DNA from: Verrucomicrobiota bacterium
GTDB taxonomy: Bacteria; Verrucomicrobiota; Verrucomicrobiia; Limisphaerales; AAA164-E04
DNA length: 64,000 nt
Assembly: GCA_047947115.1 (NCBI GenBank)
Contig: CP170459.1
Span: forward strand, 3,232,001-3,296,000
Direction of reading: 5' to 3'
The translations under genes were made by a program, and so were the position numbers. The notes under the pieces are model-generated. The model was not told the DNA's origin. It saw only the letters and a list, made by a program, of their open reading frames with translations, and did no database searches. This document shows positions 9,233 to 19,995 of the stretch, piece after piece (the first letter of the stretch is position 1; each line of letters starts with the position of its first letter).

Positions 9233-10708
9233 ATGAAAAAGCACATCACCCAGCGCTTGTGTTCCAGGAGGCATTTTCTTGCTTCCTCGGCGTTTTCCTT
9301 GAGCACGGTAGCCACGCCTTGGTTGTTGAGGCAGGATGGCCTGCTGGCGGCTGAAAAAAAAGCCCTGGCCAAACCCGTGACGCCTCCGGAATCGTTTGAC
9401 CTTCTCCCCAAACAACCCATTGGACCTCCAAGGGCGAAGGCCATGATTTCCATGTTCATGCTGGGAGGGCCGAGTCAGATTGATTTGTTTGATCCCAAGC
9501 CGGAGCTTTACAAATGGCACGGCAAAAACTTTGAGGGCGACATCAAATTTGACAATGCTGCCCAGGCCAGTCGTGAGATCATGGCACCCTTGTGGAAATT
9601 CAAGGCGCATGGTCAATGTGGCATGGAGTTGTCGGAATTGGTTCCGCATCTGGGAAGCATTGCCGATGAAATCACCCTGATTCGCTCGATGCACACCGGA
9701 GTGAACAATCATCTTCCTTCCAATTATGCCATGAACACCGGACAACATCGGGGTGGACGAGCGGTGTTGGGGAGTTGGTTGTTGAATGCTCTGGGCAGCG
9801 AGACCCAGGAATTGCCGGCCTATGTTGCCTTGACCGATCCAAGGGGACTTCCTCTGTTGGGCGGGGAGAACTGGAGCAATGGCCCGCTGCCCTCGATATT
9901 TCAAGGAACATTGGTGCGGCCCACCAACCCGCGCATATTCAATCTGGAAGCTCCCCAACATCTTCGTGGTGACGTGCAAAAAGCTCAATTGAAATTGTTG
10001 CATGAACTCAACCGCAGGCATCTGGAAGAACACCCGGGCGAAAACGACCTGCAGGCACGCATGGCCAGCTACGGGCTCGCCGCGCGCATGCAATCCGCAG
10101 CCAAGGAGGCTTTTGACATTTCCGGTGAATCCGAGACCACTCGAAAAATGTACGGGATTGATCAGGAAGTCACCAGAGACTATGGAACGCGATGCCTGAT
10201 TGCACGACGTTTGGTGGAGCGCGGGGTGCGGTTTGTTCAAATTCTTTGCAATGGTCAGATTTGGGATCACCATGGTTCCATCAAAACCGACTTGCCACAA
10301 CGGTGTGCTGAAATTGATCAACCTGCTGCCGCGCTGGTCAAGGATCTGAAACAACGCGGTCTGCTTGATTCTACCTTGGTTCATTGGGGAGGAGAGATGG
10401 GGCGCCTTCCCGTGATCCAGTTCCGTGAAGGTTTGGATAAACGCGACAAGGTCGGGCGTGATCACAATACCTACGGATTCAGTATGTGGGTTGCGGGTGG
10501 CGGCATGAAGAAGGGGTATGTGCACGGCCAGACCGATGAGTTTTCGCACTATGCTGTGGACGGAATCGTACATCATTATGATTGGTTGGCAACGGTGCTT
10601 CATTTGTTCGGGTTGAACCATCAGGAGTTGGTCTATCAAAATGGTCCACGTAAGTATCAATTGGTGGAACAACCTGAGGCCAGGATCGTTCGGGAGTTAT
10701 TGGGATGA
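9233..10708 (+). CDS. DUF1501 domain protein (Tat signal)
   Basis: SRRHFL, MLGGPSQIDLFDPKP, ARRLVERGVRFVQ, WDHH, DQPAAALVKDLKQRGLLDSTLV, GRDH. Confidence 0.92.
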   Translation: MKKHITQRLCSRRHFLASSAFSLSTVATPWLLRQDGLLAAEKKALAKPVTPPESFDLLPKQPIGPPRAKAMISMFMLGGPSQIDLFDPKPELYKWHGKNFEGDIKFDNAAQASREIMAPLWKFKAHGQCGMELSELVPHLGSIADEITLIRSMHTGVNNHLPSNYAMNTGQHRGGRAVLGSWLLNALGSETQELPAYVALTDPRGLPLLGGENWSNGPLPSIFQGTLVRPTNPRIFNLEAPQHLRGDVQKAQLKLLHELNRRHLEEHPGENDLQARMASYGLAARMQSAAKEAFDISGESETTRKMYGIDQEVTRDYGTRCLIARRLVERGVRFVQILCNGQIWDHHGSIKTDLPQRCAEIDQPAAALVKDLKQRGLLDSTLVHWGGEMGRLPVIQFREGLDKRDKVGRDHNTYGFSMWVAGGGMKKGYVHGQTDEFSHYAVDGIVHHYDWLATVLHLFGLNHQELVYQNGPRKYQLVEQPEARIVRELLG

Positions 10709-13029
10709 CACTATTATTGACACGTTTTTTTTACATGGGAGATGGGCCTTCATTGCTTCGGGGTTCAAAAGGTTATTCGATATGCTTGGGTGTCTTACTA
10801 TCGATTGTTTCGATGGGTTGTCCGCCTGTTTACGCTGAACCTTTTTCTCCAGGATTAGTTCAGACAGATGGACTCGCATCGCACGTGCGTGGAAAAGTAT
10901 GGATCGATGCGCTTGGCTGTGAGGCCTGTCACGATGATGGATCACTTGATAAGCCTCAGGAATTTGGACCTGATTTAACCCATGTTGGCGATCGGGTGCG
11001 TCCGGAGTGGTTGGTGTCCTATTTGTCTGATCCGCACACGTTCAAACCAGGCACACTGATGCCCGATCTGGTTGCTGCTTTGCCATCCAATGAAAGAACG
11101 GAAACGGTAGAGGCGTTGGTTCATTTTCTGATGGCTCAGAAAGCTGCGGATGAGCAGTCAGTAAAGCAAACAAGCGGATCGGTCGAGAACGGGCAGCGGT
11201 TGTTTCATTCCATCGGTTGTTTTGCATGCCACCCTTATGGGGAGGATTTGAAATCTTCCGGTTGGCTTGAAAACCTGCAATCCAAGTACACACCAGACGG
11301 ATTGGTGTCATTCCTGAAAGATCCTCTCAGTGTGCATCCCAACGGGATCATGCCCGACCTGGGCCTGTCGCATGATGAAGCATCGGATCTGGCCTCTTTC
11401 CTGATGGGGCAAAGTTCATCAGCCAAAAGTTCATTTCAGTTAATCAACAACAAGATTGAACGTGGACAGAGTTTGTTTGGCGGGCTTGGCTGTGTTCAGT
11501 GCCACTCAGCATTGACAACGCGAAGGCTTGGAGCCGGCAACAAAGCGAAGTTGACGGCTCCAAGCCTTCGCGTTGTCAACCCTTCGAAAGGATGTCTTTC
11601 CCATGAAGAAGGTTCCTGGCCGGATTATGATTTATCAGATCTACAGATACGGGATATCACAGCGGCTTTCGATTCTCTGGAGCACTTGTCGGAATCGGAA
11701 CTGATTCAATCCCATCTGGTGCGATTCAATTGTATCGCCTGTCATGAACGGGAAGGGGTGGGAGGCGTCAGTGAATCACTGGATGCCTTGTTCACAGTCA
11801 CCGACCTCAATCTCGGTGAGCAGGGAAGGGTGCCGCCTTCTCTGAATGGTGTCGGAGCCAAGTTGAATCCGGTGTGGTTGCGCAAGGTGCTGGTCCAAGG
11901 CGCCGTTGCTCGGCCTTATCTCAATGTGCGGATGCCGCGTTTTGGCTCAGCGGTGGCGGATCTTGTGGTGGGTTTGTTTGTGCATGCAGATGTATTGCCT
12001 CCTGTGGGTGTCATTGAAATGCCCAATCAAAATGACAGTCGGCGCGCGGGACGTGATCTGGCGGGTGTCGATGGGATGGCGTGTATCACCTGTCACACTT
12101 TCAAAGGAACCAAAACCGGCGCAATGGGAGCGATGGATTTAACCTTGCCCGGGCAGCGGCTGACGCGCGATTGGTTTCATCATTACATGCTCCAGCCCCA
12201 ACGATTCCGTCCGGGCACTTTGATGCCGGACTTCTGGCCTGAAGGACATTCTTCCAAACCGGACATCCTGGAAGGGAATGCCTCTCAACAAATCGAAGCC
12301 TTATGGGTGTTTCTTTCCGATGGATTCAGCATTGATACGCCCAAGGGGGTTCATCGAGAACCCATGCGATTGTTGGCCACGGACGCCGAGGCTGTGATGT
12401 TGCGTCGTTCCTATCCGGGCATCGGTAAACGCGGTATTGGTGTCGGTTACCCAAAAGGAGTCAATTTGGTGTTCAATGCTGAACAACTTTGTCTGGCCAT
12501 GATTTGGAAAGGTGAATTTGCTGATCCAGCCGGCGTTTGGCTGAGTCAGGGGCACGGCAATGTGCGCCCCATGGCACGCCAACAAATTCGGTTTCCCAAC
12601 ACGCCGCAGGTGCAGTTGCTTCAAGATGCCCTTTCCCCCTGGCCTGATTCAGGCGAACGTTCGGCTGTCCACGCTTTCAAAGGGTATCGGCTGGATTCCC
12701 AACGGCGACCGACCTTTTTATATGAAGTTGAGGGCGTCCTGTTTGAAGACACGTTTCGCGATGAGACCAAAGGTGATTCCGTATGGCTTCGCCGGGAAAT
12801 CAAAACCAACACATTCGAAAACGCCGGATCCTACATCATTCGAGCAGCCCTCGGTGAGGCGATCATCGATCAGGGAGATGGTCGTTTCCGCGTGGATAAG
12901 GATTTGACTATCGAAGTGCCGGAAGGAGCCGAAGCATGGGTGGTGAACGGAAACGAAGGTCAGGAACTGCGCGTTCGAATACCGGATAGTGGAGATGGCA
13001 AAGCATTGAATCTGAATTATGGATTTTAA
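10705..13029 (+). CDS. Pentaheme c-type cytochrome (PVC type)
   Basis: Five CxxCH motifs (CEACH, CFACH, CVQCH, CIACH, CITCH) with MP distal-Met motifs; ATGA overlap with the DUF1501 gene. Confidence 0.88.
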   Translation: MTLLLTRFFYMGDGPSLLRGSKGYSICLGVLLSIVSMGCPPVYAEPFSPGLVQTDGLASHVRGKVWIDALGCEACHDDGSLDKPQEFGPDLTHVGDRVRPEWLVSYLSDPHTFKPGTLMPDLVAALPSNERTETVEALVHFLMAQKAADEQSVKQTSGSVENGQRLFHSIGCFACHPYGEDLKSSGWLENLQSKYTPDGLVSFLKDPLSVHPNGIMPDLGLSHDEASDLASFLMGQSSSAKSSFQLINNKIERGQSLFGGLGCVQCHSALTTRRLGAGNKAKLTAPSLRVVNPSKGCLSHEEGSWPDYDLSDLQIRDITAAFDSLEHLSESELIQSHLVRFNCIACHEREGVGGVSESLDALFTVTDLNLGEQGRVPPSLNGVGAKLNPVWLRKVLVQGAVARPYLNVRMPRFGSAVADLVVGLFVHADVLPPVGVIEMPNQNDSRRAGRDLAGVDGMACITCHTFKGTKTGAMGAMDLTLPGQRLTRDWFHHYMLQPQRFRPGTLMPDFWPEGHSSKPDILEGNASQQIEALWVFLSDGFSIDTPKGVHREPMRLLATDAEAVMLRRSYPGIGKRGIGVGYPKGVNLVFNAEQLCLAMIWKGEFADPAGVWLSQGHGNVRPMARQQIRFPNTPQVQLLQDALSPWPDSGERSAVHAFKGYRLDSQRRPTFLYEVEGVLFEDTFRDETKGDSVWLRREIKTNTFENAGSYIIRAALGEAIIDQGDGRFRVDKDLTIEVPEGAEAWVVNGNEGQELRVRIPDSGDGKALNLNYGF

Positions 13030-14536
13030 AAAGACGATAGCTTTTCGAAAGACCGTTTGCTGGATGGTTGTGGGGTGTGGATGTCTGGCTGCGCAGGTGC
13101 AGGCGGAGAAATTGGCGAGTTTTTGGGGCACTTCCGAACAGGAATCGCCTTACTACCGGATTGTGGATGTGCCGGTGCCGGATGAGATTGTGCTTGAGGC
13201 CGGCAGCTTTGATTTACTTCCGGATGGGCGTTTGGGGATAGGCACCCGGCGGGGTGATATTTACCTCGTGGAAGGCGCTTTCGATGATCCGCCCAATCCT
13301 CGGTATCATCGGTTTGCGAGTGGACTGGATGAAGTCACCAGCCTGTCCTGGCACAATGGTTCTTTCTACATCACTCAACAAACCGAAGTGACCAAAGTTA
13401 CCGACCTGAATGGTGACGAGCGGGCTGACGAATTTTTGACCTTGAGTGACGTCTGGGGTTTTGCGAACTACCACGAATTTGGATTCGGTTCCAAAGTGGA
13501 TCCCGATGGAAATATTTGGGTCGCCCTTTGCCTGTCCAGATCCTATGAGTCGCTGGTTCCATTCCGCGGCTGGTCATTGAAAGTATCCATTGATGGAGAA
13601 ACATCACCCGTTGCCAGCGGTATTCGAAGTCCTTGTGGCGTGGGCCCCAATGCTCAAGGAGTCATGTTTTATGCCGAAAGTCAGGGACCCTGGAATGGTT
13701 CGTGTTCCTTGAAACAACTAAAACAGGGAGGGTTCATGGGACATCCGGTCAGCTTCAACTGGTATGATCTGGCTCCCGAAATGGGGCCGGCTCCGGTGGA
13801 ACCCTATACCCGATCAAGAATGGAAATGGAACGTGAACGCGTCAAAGAGCTGGTTCCTTATGCGGTGGTGTTTCCCTATCGACGCATGGGACAGCAGTTG
13901 TCCGGTTTTTCACTGGACACCACCAAGGGTGCTTTTGGGCCTTTTGATGATCAAATTTTCATCGGGGACTATACACTGAGTATTTTGATGCGGGCCACCA
14001 CCGAAGAAGTCAACGGCGTCTGGCAGGGGGCCTGCTATCCATTTCGGGAAGGATTTGCGACCGGTTTGCTGGCGAATCAGTTTACGCCCAAAGGACAATT
14101 GATTGTTGGCGGAACCAACCGTGGTTGGCCCGTGCGCGGCCCCAAACCATTTGCCTTGGAACGCGTCGAATGGACGGGTGAAACGCCTTTTGAAATCAAG
14201 GAAATCAACGCCAGACCGGATGGGTTTCTGGTGACTTTCACCAAGCCGGTAGATGCGGATTCCGCAGACACTGCTGAAACATTCCAACTCGAGACCTTCA
14301 CGCATGTTTACCAACAGGGATATGGCAGTCCCGAAGTGGATCAAACCAACCCCAAGGTCACATCCGTTACCCTGTCTTCCGACAAAACCAGCGCGCTCCT
14401 TTCGGTGAGCGGTTTGGTCAAAGGACACGTGCATTCATTTGATTTATCCAACCTCAAGTCCGCAGATGGAGAAGCGCTGGTGCATGCTCATGCCTACTAC
14501 ACACTAAACGAAATTCCAGAGCACACTCACAGGTAG
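13019..14536 (+). CDS. Secreted beta-propeller protein (PVC large secreted / sugar-dehydrogenase-like family)
   Basis: Signal peptide; TRRGDIY, DLNGDERAD, YHEFGFG, ASGIRSPCG, QGPWNG, VGGTNRGW; overlaps upstream cytochrome gene. Confidence 0.7.
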   Translation: MDFKKTIAFRKTVCWMVVGCGCLAAQVQAEKLASFWGTSEQESPYYRIVDVPVPDEIVLEAGSFDLLPDGRLGIGTRRGDIYLVEGAFDDPPNPRYHRFASGLDEVTSLSWHNGSFYITQQTEVTKVTDLNGDERADEFLTLSDVWGFANYHEFGFGSKVDPDGNIWVALCLSRSYESLVPFRGWSLKVSIDGETSPVASGIRSPCGVGPNAQGVMFYAESQGPWNGSCSLKQLKQGGFMGHPVSFNWYDLAPEMGPAPVEPYTRSRMEMERERVKELVPYAVVFPYRRMGQQLSGFSLDTTKGAFGPFDDQIFIGDYTLSILMRATTEEVNGVWQGACYPFREGFATGLLANQFTPKGQLIVGGTNRGWPVRGPKPFALERVEWTGETPFEIKEINARPDGFLVTFTKPVDADSADTAETFQLETFTHVYQQGYGSPEVDQTNPKVTSVTLSSDKTSALLSVSGLVKGHVHSFDLSNLKSADGEALVHAHAYYTLNEIPEHTHR

Positions 14537-14678
14537 ATCCGAATGTTTCGTTCCGCCCGCGGACGAAGCGTGCGGGCGTGAGAAGATCGAATGCCGGAGA
14601 TTTGCAAAACCTTTGGCAAACGAGCCCACGGAGAGATGACGCTTCGGGCTTGGCCAAAGCGCGTCCTCTCAACTCATG

Positions 14679-14705
14679 AAAAAGGGCACACCTTGGTGTG
14701 CCCTT
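14679..14705 (-). terminator. Rho-independent terminator between convergent genes
   Basis: AAGGGCACAC-CTTG-GTGTGCCCTT hairpin; A-run at 14679-14683 gives a U-tail on the minus strand. Confidence 0.75.
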
Positions 14706-14727
14706 CGTTGCTTGATAGATCGTGAAA

Positions 14728-17367
14728 TCAGTTTTTAAACACGGCGTCTGTCTTGTCGCCTCCGCTCAGGATGTAGGCACAAAGGTCCAGGATTTCCTCC
14801 TTGGTCAACGCTGCCAACAATCCCTGCGGCATGGGGGAGACATCGGAAACCTCGATGCTGGATACCTTTCTGCGGTCAATGTTGGTGCGTTGGTTTGGAT
14901 TGGTCAAGTCGGTGTTGATCGAGACTGAATCCCCGTTCAGATTGACCACTATGCCCGTTACAGTGTCACCATCTTCCATGGTTACCACAATCGGGACAAA
15001 TTGATCGCTGATGACTTTGCTCGGGTTCAGAATGTTATCGAGCAGATCGTGCGGATTAAACTTGCCGGCCGCGGCGGTGAGATCAGGTCCGTTCATGCCG
15101 CCCGCATTGCCGAATCGGTGACAGGCAAAACAGGCTGCTGCGGAAAACATTTTACGTCCGTTTTCAAAATTACGATGCTTGAGTCCGGTTTTTGTCGCGG
15201 CGCTGAGTTCTTCCAGCGTCCACATTTTAGGGGTGCGTCCCGCAAACATTTCGCCGAGGTTTTCGATCACGGATTTTTGTTCCGGTTCCCGGGCGATCAA
15301 CTCGGCGTGTTCTTTCAACTCTGCTTCGGTGAAGGTGGCCAGGCTGTCCTGTTTGATGAAACTGATGAACCGTTCGAAGCTGGCGCCTCCTCGATAGTTG
15401 GCTGCTTTGAGAAACCATTCCAATTGTTGTTTCCTCAGTTCGGAGGTCCAGCCGGTCTTCAGGAAACGCAGGCTTCGTGCATATTGCATCTGGGGTTCCT
15501 GGCTTTCTGCTTCCGCGATCAGGGCCATTCCTTTTGCTGCTGTGTTTGGGGACTGGAGGTATGCGAGTGTCTCGCAAAGGAGCCAGTTCAATTCAAAGGT
15601 GGCAGCCGGAAATGCCGGATCGAGTTTGGCAATAATGGCGTTGACCTTGTCCTGAGATGGTTCATCAAAACGGATCAGCATTATCTGCATTGTGCGGACA
15701 TAATCCATTTTTTCCGTTTGGGATAGTGCGTTGAAGTTCAAATCCAGCAGCGAATTCAACAGCTTGTTGCGCATGCCGGTGTCCACGGTGTAACCGGTTT
15801 CAGGTCGATGACTCGGGCTGACTCCGGTTGTTCGCGCCAGGGCCAGCAGCGCAGGGATCCTCTTGCCGGCGGTAGGTTCTGATAAAGCTTTTGAAGCCCA
15901 TCGATCGACGGGCTGATGTTCAAGGACGACTCTTGCGGCAGCTCGGATGAATCGGTCGGCGTGATCCAGATGCGGCCACGCGGCGTCGATGGCTTTTGAA
16001 TCTTGTTTTCCATGATATGCCTCCAGTGAATGCCGCAGTTTTCTCAATGGCGTGATGTGCGGAGTCATGTCCGCCGGAGTCGTGTTTTCTTTCCCTGTGT
16101 AGCGGACACGGTAGAGGCCGGACTGAACCCGGCGACCGCCGATTGCAAAATACATGGCGCCATCCCTGGGGTGGATGATGACATCGGTGACGGGCAACGG
16201 GGCTCCGGTCACAAATTCTTCCTTGGTTCCTTTATAGCTTGCCCCGTCCTCTTCAAGGTGCACGGCGTAAATTTTACCCCAGCTCCAGTCGAGAATGTAA
16301 AACGCTTCCTGATACTTTCGAGGGAATTTGGCTCCATAACCGAATCGAGTCCCCGTCGGAGAACCCGGTCCGATGTTGATCGGGGCAGGCAGGGTTTCGG
16401 CATAGAAGTCAGGGTATTTGCCTGCGCCATTGCGCCATCCGAATTCTGCGCCGCTGACCACATGATTCACGCGTGTCGGACGATACCAGGGAGTGTTGAA
16501 ATCGTACTCCATGTCGGCGTCATACGCGAAAAGTTCACCGTCTTTGTTGATACCTCCGCCATAGATGTTGCGGAAACCGGATGCGTAGATTTCGAACTCT
16601 TTGCCGTCTCTCGACACGCGGTACACGATTCCGCCCGGAGCAAGCACGTCCCGGTTGTGTCCCCGTCCATCTGGCATGCGTGAAAGCAGATGATCGTCGC
16701 CCCATATTTTGGCCACTGGGGATTGATCCGATGTGGCTTCTTTATATCCGGGTGAAATGATCGCGTTGTTGCCCGTGATCAGATAGAAGTATTTTCCATC
16801 GGGTGTGGGAAGAACGGCATGCACGCCATGATCCCCACGTGATTCGAAAGCCTGAAGCAGATCCGCTTTATCGAGTTCGCCGTCTCCATCCGAATCGGTG
16901 ATACGGTAAAGACCGCTTTGTATTTTGCGTTCGTAATCATTGACACCGGCGTAGAGCACGTCGTCGACAAAAATCATGCCGTTAATGGCGCGAATGTCTA
17001 CCGGGACTTTTTGGATGTCTTCTCGAGAGAGCGTTTTCCCCGGGGCAGGTGTGTCGAATCTGTAAAGAGCGCCATATTGATCGCTGGCATAGATGGTGCC
17101 TCTGCTGTTGGCTGCCAATGCCACCCACGAACCCAAATCGCTGTTGGGGACGGAATAAAGCAGTTCGACCTCAAAGCCGGGAAGGACCTTGATCCGATCC
17201 ACGGGAGTGGCCTTGTTTTCTCCAATGGCTGCGCCTCGGTTCGGGTCGGGACCTCTGCCTCTTTGGGCGTTCACGGGGAGACTTGCCAGAACGGCTGCCG
17301 CAATCGTTGTCAGCATCCGGAGACGAAGCATTCCGGAACGTACGCGTGGATGATGTTCTTTTCGCAT
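14728..17367 (-). CDS. PVC-type heme-binding membrane-bound dehydrogenase-like protein (propeller + HEAT-like + cytochrome c)
   Basis: VLPGFEVELLY, GFRNIY, YDADMEYD, WYRPTR, IGPGSPTG; C-terminal CFACH, GPDLT, ILNPS..I, SPMPQGL. Start uncertain. Confidence 0.88.
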   Translation of the reverse strand: MRKEHHPRVRSGMLRLRMLTTIAAAVLASLPVNAQRGRGPDPNRGAAIGENKATPVDRIKVLPGFEVELLYSVPNSDLGSWVALAANSRGTIYASDQYGALYRFDTPAPGKTLSREDIQKVPVDIRAINGMIFVDDVLYAGVNDYERKIQSGLYRITDSDGDGELDKADLLQAFESRGDHGVHAVLPTPDGKYFYLITGNNAIISPGYKEATSDQSPVAKIWGDDHLLSRMPDGRGHNRDVLAPGGIVYRVSRDGKEFEIYASGFRNIYGGGINKDGELFAYDADMEYDFNTPWYRPTRVNHVVSGAEFGWRNGAGKYPDFYAETLPAPINIGPGSPTGTRFGYGAKFPRKYQEAFYILDWSWGKIYAVHLEEDGASYKGTKEEFVTGAPLPVTDVIIHPRDGAMYFAIGGRRVQSGLYRVRYTGKENTTPADMTPHITPLRKLRHSLEAYHGKQDSKAIDAAWPHLDHADRFIRAAARVVLEHQPVDRWASKALSEPTAGKRIPALLALARTTGVSPSHRPETGYTVDTGMRNKLLNSLLDLNFNALSQTEKMDYVRTMQIMLIRFDEPSQDKVNAIIAKLDPAFPAATFELNWLLCETLAYLQSPNTAAKGMALIAEAESQEPQMQYARSLRFLKTGWTSELRKQQLEWFLKAANYRGGASFERFISFIKQDSLATFTEAELKEHAELIAREPEQKSVIENLGEMFAGRTPKMWTLEELSAATKTGLKHRNFENGRKMFSAAACFACHRFGNAGGMNGPDLTAAAGKFNPHDLLDNILNPSKVISDQFVPIVVTMEDGDTVTGIVVNLNGDSVSINTDLTNPNQRTNIDRRKVSSIEVSDVSPMPQGLLAALTKEEILDLCAYILSGGDKTDAVFKN

Positions 17368-17501
17368 GACGATCAATGATTATATTTCAAGGAATTGGTT
17401 GCGGGAATCATCACGTTCGTTGCGGAAGAATTCAACACTCAATTCAAAAAGGTGGTAAAATCAACCTTCGGAGTATAGTCTTTCCCAAAGATTCAGATAC
17501 G

Positions 17502-18417
17502 ATGCAGTCCTTTAAATTCATTTGTCCAGATTGCGGCGCACACATCGAGGATGAGCCTTCTTCAGTCGGATGCCTGATTGAATGTCCCCAATGCTCGGAA
17601 GAACTCGTAGTTCCTGCCTATAATCCATCAGCCATGTCCATGCCGATTGCCAAACATTCCAGGCATTTTCCGGCACATGCGCGTCATGAAGAACAGGCAA
17701 ATGCGGATACGCGCCAGGCCCCCCCCCTCAAAACATGAGAAGGCGGTTTCCTCAACATCCTTGAACTACGTAGAGCAGGATGTACCTGCTGTTCCCGACC
17801 ATGAAGGGAAAGTGGCTCATGTGGGTGTGCTGACTCCAGCTGTAAAGTTGGATGTGGTCAGGTGGGCTTTTCGAAGAATTGAAAATTCTGCGGTATGGTT
17901 GCCTCATGAACGCAATGGGCATCATTACATTTATGCTCAACGCAGGAATGCGAACGGATATGAACCGGTGAGTTACGATCACCCCGAAGCGCGGAGGTAT
18001 TCATTGTTGGGCGCCGTCTTGCTGGAGCTGAAGATACAACATGCTTCCGTTACAGCTGAAGGTCGTGAGGCGTTTCTGGATCACGAAATTGTGGCTGCTG
18101 CCGAGAAGGTGCTGGCAGAGGTGTCCGAGAAGGTCGGAGAAGGTGAAGACCCTTTGTCGAAACTGGATCACGCCCAAACCTTGTCCGCATTACGCTTGTT
18201 GGAAAGTAAATACCTGGCTGATTGCGAACATTTGGATGATTTGGTAGAATCTGCACGGATTCCCGGAGTGACCATGACGGAGCTGATCCGGCGGGCGGAA
18301 AAAGGTGGACTGGTCACCAGTAACGAAGTGCTCAGTGTGCTCTACCATGAAGTGCATCTTTTAAATCGACGCGTGGAAGAACTGGAAGATGTCATCAAGA
18401 CTCGGTCGCTCCAATGA
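17502..18417 (+). pseudogene. Zinc-ribbon (CPDC...CPQC) protein split by a frameshift in a C9 tract
   Basis: ORF 17502-17738 (MQSFKFICPDC...CPQC) and ORF 17647-18417 fuse if the C9 run at 17719-17727 loses one C. Could be a sequencing error. Confidence 0.6.
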
Positions 18418-18476
18418 CCTTGTTTCCTGAACGAATTCAGGTGTTGGTTCCTGTCTCCCTGTTCTTTACAGACCAT

Positions 18477-19976
18477 TCAGGATGCAAACGCCTCCATGAA
18501 TCTGGCCAGCAGAGTTCCGGGAAACACTCCCAGCAGTATGGTGATGAGTGCCGTGGTAATGATCAGACTGATCTGGTAGCCATTGGCTTCAATGGTTCCG
18601 GTTTGGGTGGCGTCTTTGCAGAACGCTGCCTTCAACATGCCCAGATAGTAATACAGTGAGACGGCACTGGCTCCCAATGCCAAGGCAACCAGCAGAATTA
18701 AACCGAGCGGATTTCCCGAGGTTTTCAGCGCCGAGATAAACAAATTGAATTTTCCCAGGAACCCGATCAATGGGGGAATGCCGGCCATGGACAGAACCAA
18801 CAGCATGAAACAAGCCGCCAACCAGGGAGATCGATGGCGCAAACCTTCCAGTGCCCGCCAATCGGATGCCTGCCCATTCTGGCTCAGTACGTGCAACAAT
18901 CCGAACACGCCAATAATCGAAACCCCGTAGGTGATCATGTAAAACGCCGCCGAAGCGGGACCGCTTGATGATGGTGACAGGATGCCCAGCAAGGCGTAAC
19001 CCGAATGAGCCACGGCGGAATAGGCCAACAACCTTCTGATGTTGGATTGTTTCAGCGCTGCGAGATTGCCGATGATCATCGACAAACAGGCCGGTAATCC
19101 AAGGACGACCATCCATCCGGCACTCCAATGCCATCCATGGATCGAGCCTTCAAATCCACCAAATCCGCCCCATAAGAATCGGCCAAGCACGAAAAAACCA
19201 GCCACTTTGGAAGCGGAGGCGATCAAACTGGCAACTGGCGTGGGGGCCACCTGATACACATCGGGCGCCCACATGTGGAAAGGCGCGGCGGCAATCTTGA
19301 ATCCAAAACCAATCAAGGACATGACAAGCCCCATGGCCAACAGGGGATCCGTTGGCTTGCCGGTCAAGGCCACTTGAATGTCGGACAGACTGAGATATCC
19401 GGTCATTCCATAGATCAAGCTGAATCCATACAGCACAAAGGCGGCCGAGACGCCTCCGATCAAAAAGTATTTGAGAGCCGTTTGAGTGGCCACAGGTTTT
19501 GATTTTTCAAAACCTGTCAGGATATACAGAGAAAGCGCCGTCAACTCCAGGGCCACAAAAATCATCAGCAGATGATCGGCTCCCACCAGCAAGAACATGC
19601 CTACCATGGCAAGCAGCAGCAAGGCATGGAATTCGCCCTGATGTGGGAAGGGGCGTTGATTGCCCATGTGCAGCCAGATGGAAGCAGCCCCAAGCGCTGC
19701 GATACCGAGTTTGACCATACGGCAGGCGTCATTGGTATAAAAAAGACCTCCCAGCATGTCGCCCGCAGGTTGGTTGAACAGAAGCACTCCACTGGCAAGG
19801 CCAAGGCCCAGTATGGACAACCAACTCAAAGTCCTGCTTAAGCGCAATGCTTCCATACGTCCGTTGAAAGCAAACGAAACGGCCAGTGCGACCAGCGCTG
19901 TGACCACCAGAATACATTCCGGCGCCGTGAGCTTCAGGATGTCTCCGTGGGTGGCTGCTTGTATCAACTGGTTCAT
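18477..19976 (-). CDS. nuoN: NADH-quinone oxidoreductase subunit N
   Basis: FVALEL, ALKYFL, GFKIAAAPFHMWAPDVY, IRRLLAYSAVAH, LSMAGIPP..GF.GK; start placed at ATG 19976. Confidence 0.93.
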   Translation of the reverse strand: MNQLIQAATHGDILKLTAPECILVVTALVALAVSFAFNGRMEALRLSRTLSWLSILGLGLASGVLLFNQPAGDMLGGLFYTNDACRMVKLGIAALGAASIWLHMGNQRPFPHQGEFHALLLLAMVGMFLLVGADHLLMIFVALELTALSLYILTGFEKSKPVATQTALKYFLIGGVSAAFVLYGFSLIYGMTGYLSLSDIQVALTGKPTDPLLAMGLVMSLIGFGFKIAAAPFHMWAPDVYQVAPTPVASLIASASKVAGFFVLGRFLWGGFGGFEGSIHGWHWSAGWMVVLGLPACLSMIIGNLAALKQSNIRRLLAYSAVAHSGYALLGILSPSSSGPASAAFYMITYGVSIIGVFGLLHVLSQNGQASDWRALEGLRHRSPWLAACFMLLVLSMAGIPPLIGFLGKFNLFISALKTSGNPLGLILLVALALGASAVSLYYYLGMLKAAFCKDATQTGTIEANGYQISLIITTALITILLGVFPGTLLARFMEAFAS

Positions 19977-19995
19977 ATTTCTATCGCTGAAATGA

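Noticed and set aside
9161..10672. 503-aa minus-strand ORF
   Set aside because: Antisense shadow of the well-supported DUF1501 gene; no recognisable motifs.
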